Shown one piece after another: positions 16,824 to 25,901 of a stretch of DNA of 38,554 nt. The position numbers and the translations under genes were made by a program. The DNA comes from a virus. The notes under the pieces are model-generated. The model saw only the letters and a program-made list of their open reading frames with translations, was not told the DNA's origin and searched no databases. The first letter of the stretch is position 1, and each line of letters opens with the position of its first letter. The stretch is from positions 1 through 38,554 of the IMG/VR virus record IMGVR_UViG_3300048050_000067; one strand, 5' to 3'.

Positions 16824-17510
16824 ATGCCTAGCAATTTAGAAAAATTAGCCGAGGAAATCAAAAATAGGCGAGATCATCCGAACGATTATCACCGAGTTTT
16901 CGATATCAGGGCCGGAGAGCCACAAACCAACGATTCCCAAAACGATCTAATCGTGGAGGGGAAAGCTGTTTCTTTCAATGACAGAACTCTTTTGTTCACT
17001 TGGGGAGATACAAAAGTATTCGAAATCATTGACCGCCATGCCTTTGACGATTCATCTGCTTACAACGATACCTTCTTTAAATATAACCACTCAGAAGAGC
17101 AATTGCCCCTAGCCAGAGTAAGAAACGGGACTCTTTCTTTAACGATAAAAGATGCCGGCTTATATATGAGGGCAAAACTAAATCCCGAAGTTCAAATAAG
17201 CCATGATCTTTTTGCCTCAATAAAGCGAGGAGATATCAATAAAATGTCGTTTGCTTTCACTACCGATGTGGAGGCCCAAGACAATTCGGTTGACGGCGAA
17301 GTTACCTTCACCGTTCAAAAAATTAGGAAGCTCTATGACGTCGCCGCTGTAATGGTGCCGGCATATGAGAATACGGAGATCTATGCGCGCAGGCAGGGAG
17401 AGGTGGAGACCTATCTTGCCAAGGTGGAGACCGAAAAGCGCGCGGAAGAACTTCGGCTGCTTCGCCTAAGAGCAGGGGCTCCTTGCCTAAATCTTGGCGA
17501 AAAAAAGTAA
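16824..17510 (+). CDS. Prohead maturation protease (HK97 family, S78-like)
   Basis: Size and position fit, as do the motifs FKYNHSEEQLPLARV...MSFAF...LYDVAAVMVPAYENTEI. Confidence 0.8.
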   Translation: MPSNLEKLAEEIKNRRDHPNDYHRVFDIRAGEPQTNDSQNDLIVEGKAVSFNDRTLLFTWGDTKVFEIIDRHAFDDSSAYNDTFFKYNHSEEQLPLARVRNGTLSLTIKDAGLYMRAKLNPEVQISHDLFASIKRGDINKMSFAFTTDVEAQDNSVDGEVTFTVQKIRKLYDVAAVMVPAYENTEIYARRQGEVETYLAKVETEKRAEELRLLRLRAGAPCLNLGEKK

Positions 17511-17527
17511 TCTAGGAGGATTACATT

Positions 17528-18724
17528 ATGAATGAAGCACAAATCAGAGCTCGCATTGTTGAAATCAACACACGAAAAGCCCAGCTTGACAGCATCATCT
17601 CTTCTTCTCAAAAAGCAGAAGACATCGTGGCCGCGAGAACGGAAGCCGATGCCCTCATCGAGGAGCGAGGAAGACTCACTGGCCAACTTACCGAAATGAC
17701 CCGAAATTCGGCTATCACTGCTCTCGAAGTGAAAGAAACGGAACAACGCTCCGCTGGAAATCAGCCTTTGCCAACTGCCAAATTGACTCTTCGTTCTGCT
17801 TTGGCGTTATCTATCGGCCTTGCCTCAAGAAAAAAGGCACCCACTGACGAACAAAAGCGAAACCTCAGCAATGCCATGACAACGACGGCAACAACTTATG
17901 TTGCTCCGACTGCCGATGTCGATGGCGTCAACAACGCCGGCGTCTTCATTGCAACCACTGCCCTTCTTGATCTTCTTAAAGAAGATAAGAAACTAACCCC
18001 GATTCTCAATGACATCCTTTTTACCAACATTAAAGGATTGACGGTTTATCCTTATCGCAAATCACGTGGAACGGCCGCCGTCAAAGCCGAGAAATCTGGA
18101 ACGAAACAGGATTCGATGGAATGGGGCACTCTTCAGCTCGTAAAAGGAACTCTCCAAATCACCTTGGAAGTTACTGACGAAATCATAGCTCTTTCCGATA
18201 TCGATCTTGGGGCTTACCTTCTTAGCGAGATTGAAAACGATCTTACCGAAGATTGGGCCTCCGAACTTATCTACGGATCTGGTGCCGACAATCACGTTTC
18301 GGGAGTCGTCAACGGCGTCACCGTTACCGTTCTAACTTCCGGATCCGAACTTGACGGCGTGATTTCGCTTCTTCACTCCCTCCCCGGAAAATTCCGTCGT
18401 GGCGCTAAGGTCTATGTCTCTCAAAAAATCTACGACAAAGTGGTGGAAACGAAAGACACCAACAAGAACTACATTTTCAACGTTTTCAACGCTGCTGGTG
18501 CATGGACTAACGTCGATGGGTCTCCTGTCATGCTCGATGAAACCCTCAATACAGGCGATGTCGTTATCAGCAACATTGCCCGTTTCTTCAAGGCTAACAT
18601 GCTTTCTCCGTTGACCTTGGAAAGCCAAAAAGAGATCACCACTGGCATCACTACTTATGTTGCCAAGGAATTCTGCGCTTCAGCTGCGGTTCTCTCGTCC
18701 GTTGCCTATGCCCATCTGAGCTAA
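17528..18724 (+). CDS. Major capsid protein (HK97 fold)
   Basis: 398 aa directly after the protease, with an N-terminal coiled-coil delta-like region (MNEAQIRARIVEINTRKAQLDSII). Confidence 0.85.
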   Translation: MNEAQIRARIVEINTRKAQLDSIISSSQKAEDIVAARTEADALIEERGRLTGQLTEMTRNSAITALEVKETEQRSAGNQPLPTAKLTLRSALALSIGLASRKKAPTDEQKRNLSNAMTTTATTYVAPTADVDGVNNAGVFIATTALLDLLKEDKKLTPILNDILFTNIKGLTVYPYRKSRGTAAVKAEKSGTKQDSMEWGTLQLVKGTLQITLEVTDEIIALSDIDLGAYLLSEIENDLTEDWASELIYGSGADNHVSGVVNGVTVTVLTSGSELDGVISLLHSLPGKFRRGAKVYVSQKIYDKVVETKDTNKNYIFNVFNAAGAWTNVDGSPVMLDETLNTGDVVISNIARFFKANMLSPLTLESQKEITTGITTYVAKEFCASAAVLSSVAYAHLS

Positions 18725-18752
18725 TCCGACCTCAAGAAAGGAGGCGGCGATA

Positions 18753-19043
18753 ATGGCTGAAGAAAAGAACATTCTGACCACTAGCGAGGCCCGCGACGTT
18801 TTGCGCCTCGATGGGGACATCCCCGATTCGGTCATTTCTTTTAATAACCAGGTAGCCACCTCCTTTGTCGATAGCCGAAGTGGAAAGAAATGGGAAGATG
18901 AAAATTCCATCGATCCGGAAGCCAAGGCTTGCGCGTCTCTCGTCCTTCAGCAGACTTTCTATCATGACGCCGATCACGATTTCAGAAGCGGCATCTTCGA
19001 TTATATCGAAGAACTGAAAATGAAAGCGGGGTTGGCCTCATGA
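18753..19043 (+). CDS. Head-tail connector (gp6-like)
   Basis: 96 aa, first gene after the capsid gene, with the opening LTTSEARDVLRLDGD typical of gp6-like connectors. Confidence 0.65.
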   Translation: MAEEKNILTTSEARDVLRLDGDIPDSVISFNNQVATSFVDSRSGKKWEDENSIDPEAKACASLVLQQTFYHDADHDFRSGIFDYIEELKMKAGLAS

Positions 19044-19435
19044 GCGATTACGCTTTTCCTAACAAAGATCACAAGATCCAAATTTATTCCGAAAAGAAGA
19101 TCCTTTGGAGAAACGAATCCAAAAAAGGGACTTATCTTAAAAGGGTTTACCTCAATCAAAAAAACATGCCGTTTTGGGCCTACATTAGACAAAATGTGGC
19201 CCAAACAAACGAGCAAAGCGATGCGACTTTCCCCGGGAACCGATATCTTATCGTCATCAATTACCGGGATGGCGTAAAAGCCAATGACTTCGTCAAATGG
19301 GGCAATAAGACTTTCAAAATTCTTTCAACGGATGAGTTCGAAGGCAAGAAGACCGAATTGAAGCTTTCCTGCCAAGAGATCGATATTGAAAAAGACTCCG
19401 GAGTTTCCGAAGTCTATGCGAAACAGTCCTTATGA
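19040..19435 (+). CDS. Head closure / head-tail joining protein
   Basis: 131 aa, called from position and size in the HK97-like order. It has an ATGA overlap with the previous gene. Confidence 0.55.
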   Translation: MSDYAFPNKDHKIQIYSEKKILWRNESKKGTYLKRVYLNQKNMPFWAYIRQNVAQTNEQSDATFPGNRYLIVINYRDGVKANDFVKWGNKTFKILSTDEFEGKKTELKLSCQEIDIEKDSGVSEVYAKQSL

Positions 19436-19860
19436 CCTCACCCGAAATCATGGCAAACGCCATGAAAGAGATCCAAAAGGCCCTAGAAGACTCCAAAACA
19501 AAAAATGGATCGACTTTGGGGATCGACGAGATCTCTAAAACAAAAAGCATCATATTTTGGTTTAACAAATGCGATTCTCCGGAAGCTGCCAAAAAAGACA
19601 CCTTCATCGTTTGGAAGATTGCCTCTCTTGACCAATCCGGAAGCGCTGACGATCGCGCCGTTGCGAGGAAGATACTAGCCTATGTCGATATTTTGACCGT
19701 AAAACAGCCTGACGATGACGCATTGATCAAAACACTCAAATCAATCGCCGATTCCTTCGAAGGCAAGGACTGGAGCTTCGAACTATCCAGTCCGCCCTAT
19801 TACGACAGTTCGAGCAAACGTTACCAGCTGAGTTATTCAGCGGAAAAACAGTTAAGTTAA
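19432..19860 (+). CDS. Neck or tail-completion protein (putative)
   Basis: 142 aa, immediately upstream of the major tail gene. The call is positional only. Confidence 0.45.
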   Translation: MTSPEIMANAMKEIQKALEDSKTKNGSTLGIDEISKTKSIIFWFNKCDSPEAAKKDTFIVWKIASLDQSGSADDRAVARKILAYVDILTVKQPDDDALIKTLKSIADSFEGKDWSFELSSPPYYDSSSKRYQLSYSAEKQLS

Positions 19861-19872
19861 GGAGGCCATAAA

Positions 19873-20460
19873 ATGGCATGCAAATTATTCAGAATATTCC
19901 CTTTCACCACAAAGGGAACTGACGGCTTCCCCGTCGTCACCGCTCCAGTTAAGCTCGTGGCGCCGGGCACCAATGAAAATGAGATTAACACGGTCTCAGT
20001 TTCCTATACCACCGAGAAAGGGACCGTGACGATTTCCGCCGATGATTCAAGGGAACAAAAAACCACGATCACCGGATATTCCGTAGCCGTCGAAGCTTAC
20101 GGCATCAATCCTGATGCCATTGCTGCCTTGGGACTGGCGGTCAAGGATGTCAACGGCAACCTCATTTTTACAACGGAAAACACCAAACATGTCTGCCTTT
20201 TCGCCAAATCGGCAAGTCAGAAAGGCCTGAAGAAGGAATCATGGTTTTATGACGTCGTGGCCCAGCCTCTTGACGAAAAATTCAAAACCCAGCTCAAAAA
20301 CGAAGTCGCGGACCTCATCACTTTGAACTTCACTGGCAGTCTCCTATCTACAACTGCTTTTGGAGATGTTCCTTTTTCCGAAGTTTTTGAAGGAAATACT
20401 GGTTATATTACCGGCGATCCTTCCGCGACTGACTTCTACAAGGGAGCGGCGGCTATCTGA
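19873..20460 (+). CDS. Major tail protein
   Basis: 195 aa, preceded by AAGGAGG, and located upstream of the chaperone and tape-measure genes. Confidence 0.65.
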   Translation: MACKLFRIFPFTTKGTDGFPVVTAPVKLVAPGTNENEINTVSVSYTTEKGTVTISADDSREQKTTITGYSVAVEAYGINPDAIAALGLAVKDVNGNLIFTTENTKHVCLFAKSASQKGLKKESWFYDVVAQPLDEKFKTQLKNEVADLITLNFTGSLLSTTAFGDVPFSEVFEGNTGYITGDPSATDFYKGAAAI

Positions 20461-20462
20461 TT

Positions 20463-20906
20463 ATGAAAACTTATGAATTCAACGGCCATAAATTGGTCGA
20501 TAACGGAAATGTCCCCGAATATTACTTCGACATTACGGGGCATGACGTTATCAACGATACGGTGGCACAAATTTCCAGTGAACCTAAGCCCGCCATTTTC
20601 TATGGCTCACTTTATGTCGCTCTCCGCCTAGCCTATCAGAACGTCGTCAAGGAAGAGGGAAAGATCGATCCCGATATCAATGGTAAATCCGTTTCGGATA
20701 TCCGGAAGGAACTCCCACTGTCGGAAATGCTCAAGCCCGATCTTATCAACATCTGCAACAAATTCATTACCAGGGACACCGACGAAAAAAAACCGCTTGC
20801 GGGGGAGGCAACGGGACTCCCTGCAAATTCATCTACGCAGTCTTCCTCGCCGTCGAGCTCGGGCTCCCCGAACGCTGGCTCTGGAGACTCAGTTTCAGCG
20901 AAGTGA
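20463..20906 (+). CDS. Tail assembly chaperone (G-like)
   Basis: 147 aa between the major tail and tape-measure genes. It contains an A AAA AAA heptamer near its 3' end, with the -1 frame open beyond its stop. Confidence 0.55.
   Translation: MKTYEFNGHKLVDNGNVPEYYFDITGHDVINDTVAQISSEPKPAIFYGSLYVALRLAYQNVVKEEGKIDPDINGKSVSDIRKELPLSEMLKPDLINICNKFITRDTDEKKPLAGEATGLPANSSTQSSSPSSSGSPNAGSGDSVSAK
20786..20792 (+). other. Candidate -1 programmed frameshift heptamer A_AAA_AAA
   Basis: The zero-frame codons are GAA AAA AAA at 20784-20792. I hand-translated the -1 frame from the slip site and it stays open to TAA 20969-20971, past the zero-frame stop at 20906. Confidence 0.4.
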
Positions 20907-20985
20907 TTGATTGGATCGTTTTCCGAAGTCCGAAAGAGGAGGATCCCGGAAGCGGCAAAGTTACGCTTTAAAAAGGAGGCATCGC

Positions 20986-21384
20986 ATGTCAGATGAGGAA
21001 TCACCCCTAACTTCTTATTTAGCTTCGATGTCCTCCTCGCTTGAGCCGTCCATTAAGGCGGTGATCAAGGATCAGATCGACAAGGAAGCGAAGGCCTGTT
21101 TCGTCAAAATGTACGATCTCACCCCGGTTCGGACTGGAGCGCTCCGGGATTCCCTTCAAATGACGAAGATCGATAAGCCAAACAAGTATGGCTGGTCAAT
21201 CGATTATATCGGCTATGACGTCCATGGCCAAGCCTACAGCGTGATTGCGAGAACGCTCAATAAAGGAGGCAAGGAAAACAGTTTCCAAGCCACCCACCAC
21301 ATCGATGCCGCCGTTCATCTTCTAAAAGGGATGGACGCCCGCATCGTGGAAAGCGTCGATGAGAAAATCAGCAAGATCTTATAG
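20986..21384 (+). CDS. HK97 gp10-like tail-component protein
   Basis: AAAGGAGG precedes ATG 20986; the track start at 20911 is a TTG. MYDLTPVRTGALRDSLQ resembles the gp10-family P.dTG.Lr.S motif. Confidence 0.5.
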   Translation: MSDEESPLTSYLASMSSSLEPSIKAVIKDQIDKEAKACFVKMYDLTPVRTGALRDSLQMTKIDKPNKYGWSIDYIGYDVHGQAYSVIARTLNKGGKENSFQATHHIDAAVHLLKGMDARIVESVDEKISKIL

Positions 21385-21401
21385 CGAAGGGAGGACCAAT
21401 C

Positions 21402-22796
21402 ATGGCGGAAACGGCGGTAACACGAAACCTATCTGAGATAGACGCGCAGCTAAAGGAGCTAAGTGCCTCTATTAAATCGTGCACCATCGATTCAAAGGGC
21501 CTTGATAAAGCTCTGAAGCTCGATCCTACAAACATGTCCCTTGCCAGCACCAAGACTGGCGTCTTAAAGGACCAAATTGAATTGACCAGGCAAAAACTGG
21601 ATGCCCTAAAGCAAAAGCAGTCCGAATATGACAAACAAATCGCCGCAGGGGTCCCAATTGATCAAGCCGAATATCGGAAATTGACGGTCCAAATCGCCGA
21701 ATGCGAAAGTCAAGTTTCTACGATGACCAAACAAACTTCGGCCTTGAATACAACGAATCTCGACACCCTTAAAACGCAATTATCGGGGGTGTCCAAGGTC
21801 GCAAAAGCCCTTTTGGCGGGAATCGTTGCTATTGCCGTTGCTTTCGCCGCTGAAGGTTCGGAAATAGCGGACAACGCTTCTGCCGTCAACGTCGATGCCG
21901 AAACTTATCAGAAGATGAGCAATATCTTCGCCAAAACCACCGGGGACGCAAGCAATTATTCTTCAGCAATGGGGAATGTCACAAGGGTCCTTGCCGGCAT
22001 CAGCAAAGGATCAACCAAAAGCCAAGAGGCTTTAGCAAGCATCGGGCTAACGATGGACGATCTCAAAGGCAAAAGCGCCCAAGAAGCTTTGGAAATTATC
22101 ACTGGGGCCTTGAGCAAAGTTACCGACGAGAGCGAAAGAACGGTTCTAGCAACGGCATTGCTTGGCGATAGCGGAACCGCAATGGCACAGGTAGCAGGAT
22201 TGACTGCAAGTCAGATCTCTACTCTCAATGACAATCTTGAAAGTACGGGCATATTGACTAATGAGCAAGTTGCTTCGGCAAAAGAGTTGAAAACCACTTT
22301 TGAAAATCTAAAAAGCAAATTTATGGAAGTTGCCGCACAACTTGGGACGGCTTTGATGCCGGCATTCGAAGCTTTTGCAAATATATTAGCTGGCCTCGCT
22401 CCATTTCTTTCCATTGTGGCGTCTGGATTAAAGGCGATCGGTCCGGCAGGGCAAATTGCTTTGATTGGAATTATTGCTTTGATCGCGGTTCTTCCAAGTT
22501 TGATTACTGGGATAGGGGCTTTAAAGGTCGCATTGGATGCCTTAGCGGCCAATCCGATCATGTTAGCTGTGGCGGCCGTCATCGCCGGGACCGCGATCAT
22601 CGGAGGTGCGGCTCTCTTGATTTCCGGATTGGCTAATTCGGCAAATACAACATCTTCTTCGAGTTCGACATCAACCACCGACAATAGCACGACAACAATC
22701 AGTGTTTATAGCGATAGCACATCTTCTTCGGACGAAATCGCGGATAAAGTCGTCACCAAAATCGTGGAAGCCAAGAAAGCGAGGGGAATGCTATGA
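21402..22796 (+). CDS. Tape measure protein
   Basis: 464 aa with a coiled-coil-like N-terminal half and a long Ala/Gly/Ile-rich hydrophobic stretch, in the canonical position. Confidence 0.8.
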   Translation: MAETAVTRNLSEIDAQLKELSASIKSCTIDSKGLDKALKLDPTNMSLASTKTGVLKDQIELTRQKLDALKQKQSEYDKQIAAGVPIDQAEYRKLTVQIAECESQVSTMTKQTSALNTTNLDTLKTQLSGVSKVAKALLAGIVAIAVAFAAEGSEIADNASAVNVDAETYQKMSNIFAKTTGDASNYSSAMGNVTRVLAGISKGSTKSQEALASIGLTMDDLKGKSAQEALEIITGALSKVTDESERTVLATALLGDSGTAMAQVAGLTASQISTLNDNLESTGILTNEQVASAKELKTTFENLKSKFMEVAAQLGTALMPAFEAFANILAGLAPFLSIVASGLKAIGPAGQIALIGIIALIAVLPSLITGIGALKVALDALAANPIMLAVAAVIAGTAIIGGAALLISGLANSANTTSSSSSTSTTDNSTTTISVYSDSTSSSDEIADKVVTKIVEAKKARGML

Positions 22797-23704
22797 GCGC
22801 AAAAAGAAAATTCTCCTTATTGGTACGCGATTTCGACTGGAACGAAATTTCCGGATATGATTTTTCCGACATCGGAACAATCAGTTCGAATGCCAAGGTT
22901 TTCTCTCCTTCAGGTATTGGGGGATTTGAGCAGGTGATCACCGTTCAGTCGGGGCCGGTCATCGATTACATTGTCCAACAAACGATAAAGAAGAACGACA
23001 TAAAGCTTAATCTCGCCTTTTTCGGCAAAGATGCGCTGGTGAAAATAGAATCTTTCAGATCATGGATCGCGGCTTACATCAATGCCTCGGTTTACCGTTT
23101 GACCTTGAATATCAATACCTCAACGGGCTTGATTGGTGATTCCGGGGTCGATCGCTACGTTGACGTCGTTTCCAAGAAATTGGAGCCTTCAGAGCTCAAG
23201 AACGGGGTGGCGCAGGCCGTTCTAACCCTTCAACCAATAACTTTGCCTTATAGCAAGGAAAGCACCGAGATCATCATCTCAATTATCACCGCTTCGAAAG
23301 CCTATCCTTACGCCTATCCTTACGCCTACGGCGGAGGAACTTATGGAAACACCGGGAAAATAACGAACAATTTCATGGAAAGAATACCGCTTATCGTTAC
23401 TTTTCATGGCCATATTTCAAACCCTCAAGCTTCATTGGTAAAAGATGGAGAGTCTTACGCGACGATAAAGTTTACAGGTATGGATCTTGCTGTGGGATGC
23501 TCTTTAAAAGTTGATGCTGTAAATGGAAGGATCATTTTCACCGACGTCAACGGAAACGAGACCGATTATTACAACGAAATCGACAAAACAGAAGACACAT
23601 TTCTTTATGCCGAGCCAGGGGAGAGCATTCTTACACCAAATCTTGATCAAACCGACGTTAGCAAGCCTTCGGTCGATGTGAAAATCGTGCAATACACACT
23701 ATAA
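22793..23704 (+). CDS. Distal tail protein (Dit-like)
   Basis: 303 aa, the first gene after the tape measure with an ATGA overlap. The call is positional. Confidence 0.55.
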   Translation: MSAKRKFSLLVRDFDWNEISGYDFSDIGTISSNAKVFSPSGIGGFEQVITVQSGPVIDYIVQQTIKKNDIKLNLAFFGKDALVKIESFRSWIAAYINASVYRLTLNINTSTGLIGDSGVDRYVDVVSKKLEPSELKNGVAQAVLTLQPITLPYSKESTEIIISIITASKAYPYAYPYAYGGGTYGNTGKITNNFMERIPLIVTFHGHISNPQASLVKDGESYATIKFTGMDLAVGCSLKVDAVNGRIIFTDVNGNETDYYNEIDKTEDTFLYAEPGESILTPNLDQTDVSKPSVDVKIVQYTL

Positions 23705-23714
23705 GGAAAAAAGA

Positions 23715-24806
23715 ATGTTCATAACCTTATTTGATAAAAACTTCCAAGCATTGGGGACCAATAAAACTTACTATTGTTCATCCTGGTCTTTGACGCGGAG
23801 ATCTTATGAGATGGATTCTTTTACCGCGACATGCGCCGAAATCGAAAACAGCGCCCTTGCGGTTTATGTCGCTCTATTTGACGAAAAAGGAAAATTGAAA
23901 TATCTTGCACTTTCCGGAAGGCCTAAGAACGAAAGCGGACTAACTAAAATAACGGCCATGGATTTAAGGCGAGTGTTTCTCCAAAAATGCTGGATCCAAT
24001 ATTCCTCTTATCAATCCAGTCCAACCGTGAAAAATTGGGTTTCCTATCTTTTGAATCGCCCAATCGCTATCTCCGGAGGGTATCTTGGAATAAGTTATTC
24101 CGTTGATTTGATCGATTTTGACACCAACGCTGTTTCTTGGATTTCGGGATCGATTGCAAGCGCCGATTCTGCCGGCGATCTTTGGGAAGAGCTTCAGGCG
24201 GCGATGATGCGATATGGATTCGTTCTTTCCGTCGAGGGAAACATTACCACCGATTCTGGAACTAATAAAACTACCGGAAGCATCACTGTCAAGGCGAAAG
24301 TCCTTTCCGGGACCTATTCGATAAAACTGTCCGATTTCGACACCGCAAGAGTGATGGATGATTCCACAGACCCTAATAGAGCCATCGCTAGATCAACTGA
24401 TGGGATGAGCCAAATCGAGTATTGGATTTTCTATTACAAGGATGGATCGGAGAAGGTTATTGAGAAAAACGCCGGTCTATCTTTAATGTCTGGGAACAGC
24501 AATATTTTCCTTCATTACCCTGCTTGTTATGAGATCTACGTTGAAGACGATTTCAACAAGGCCTGCTCAGAAGCCCAAAACGAGATGGAGAAAAACCGTT
24601 ATAAAGGATCCGTGGAGCTTCAACTCGACACTTCTTTGGCGAATCAGCTTCGAAGCGCCAATCTTTGGAGCCAAGGGCTTATTTACGGCTACAACAGCGC
24701 CGACGATAGCTCGGCGAAGCTTCTCCCCATGATGTCCATAACCGAAGATGACAAAGGAAGCATGTCATGCGTCTTCGGCCGTCTCGATGATTATTTCAAT
24801 ATTTGA
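23715..24806 (+). CDS. Tail-associated / baseplate hub protein (Tal-like N-terminal module)
   Basis: 363 aa, the second gene after the tape measure. The opening MFITLFDKNFQALG resembles tail-endopeptidase-family N-termini. No lytic domain is seen. Confidence 0.45.
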   Translation: MFITLFDKNFQALGTNKTYYCSSWSLTRRSYEMDSFTATCAEIENSALAVYVALFDEKGKLKYLALSGRPKNESGLTKITAMDLRRVFLQKCWIQYSSYQSSPTVKNWVSYLLNRPIAISGGYLGISYSVDLIDFDTNAVSWISGSIASADSAGDLWEELQAAMMRYGFVLSVEGNITTDSGTNKTTGSITVKAKVLSGTYSIKLSDFDTARVMDDSTDPNRAIARSTDGMSQIEYWIFYYKDGSEKVIEKNAGLSLMSGNSNIFLHYPACYEIYVEDDFNKACSEAQNEMEKNRYKGSVELQLDTSLANQLRSANLWSQGLIYGYNSADDSSAKLLPMMSITEDDKGSMSCVFGRLDDYFNI

Positions 24807-24821
24807 AAGGAGGCATAGATC

Positions 24822-25901
24822 ATGTCAGAAACTAATACAATCGAACTAATAAGAAAAAACGGGCAAGCCTCCGTCAGCGCTTATGATGATGCCGTCATAT
24901 TCCATGCCGCCATAGGCCATGATTGGACCAATTCGACTAGGGGAATCGTTTTCAAAAGCGTTTACAAAGAGTTCGGATGGTCTATCGACACCGTTAATAA
25001 AAAACTCTCAATTTTGGCAGGTTACGGGCAGCTTTATGGCCGCCAATTCAAATTGGCTTCCGGTTTGACTTACGATATTTCCCTTGCCACTTTGGGTGCT
25101 ACTTATTTATTGGTTTACGTCGAGATAAACGCCTCGGTCAATCCGGAAACTATTGCGATAAAAACAATTTTCGGGTCAGGGATTCCTAGCCCCGGAAACG
25201 TTGACATTTATGCCAGCGCATCTGGAATTGCGACTATGCTTCTTTATATTTTTTATTGGACCGGATCATCTCTTAGTCTTTTTGCTGATTATCGCCATAT
25301 CCGTGAGCCTGGTACTTCTGAATCGGCTTTGTCAATACCGGCTGAAGGCTATATCAACGGAACTTTGGTTGAGGATCTTGTTGAAAATGGAACCGGTTAT
25401 GTCAAAAAAACAAGAGTAGCCGATGTGGCCACAACTGCAGCATCGATGGGGCCGTCCGGCAATACAAACCAAATCGATGAAAACCTTAAATTCACAAACA
25501 AAAACTGCCGAATGCTTACGAGCCATATATGCATTTTTAATTCTTCGAGCGAGTTGGCTTCAAATGATTCCGCTGATTGCATTATAGATTCTCTCCCGAC
25601 TGGAACTATTGTTGGATTTTTCGTTAATATCGTTGGCGAGAGGCCGACCGGATCATCGACTTATGCAAATTTTTATGCCGATGGCTATATTGCGAATGGC
25701 ATTACTGAATTTTATTGCACTTCCGAGACGAGCAATGCTGTAACCAACAACAATGGAAGAATAACTTTTCTTCAAACAAATCCATCATGCTGGGCAAAAA
25801 TAACAATTGATTTATCACATAAAAAAGTGACGATACAAGCTTTAAATAACAATCTTCATTCTTTCAATATTACTTTCGCTATCTTGGCGGGAGGTGTTTA
25901 A
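24822..25901 (+). CDS. Distal tail / fibre-like structural protein, paralog 1
   Basis: The N-terminal ~150 aa align by eye with the next gene (GQLYGRQFKL / GALYGRQFEI; YLLVYVEINASV / YCLIYIEVSTKN; NVDIYASASGIATM / NADIYSSELGIAVM). Confidence 0.6.
   Translation: MSETNTIELIRKNGQASVSAYDDAVIFHAAIGHDWTNSTRGIVFKSVYKEFGWSIDTVNKKLSILAGYGQLYGRQFKLASGLTYDISLATLGATYLLVYVEINASVNPETIAIKTIFGSGIPSPGNVDIYASASGIATMLLYIFYWTGSSLSLFADYRHIREPGTSESALSIPAEGYINGTLVEDLVENGTGYVKKTRVADVATTAASMGPSGNTNQIDENLKFTNKNCRMLTSHICIFNSSSELASNDSADCIIDSLPTGTIVGFFVNIVGERPTGSSTYANFYADGYIANGITEFYCTSETSNAVTNNNGRITFLQTNPSCWAKITIDLSHKKVTIQALNNNLHSFNITFAILAGGV

Noticed and set aside
20680-20910. An alternative-frame ORF (76 aa) overlapping the chaperone 3' end, considered as the frameshift (T) extension.
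   Set aside because: It is in the +1 frame relative to the chaperone, not the -1 frame. It is extremely Arg-rich and ends before the zero-frame stop region. The -1 frame from the A_AAA_AAA site is the better candidate.
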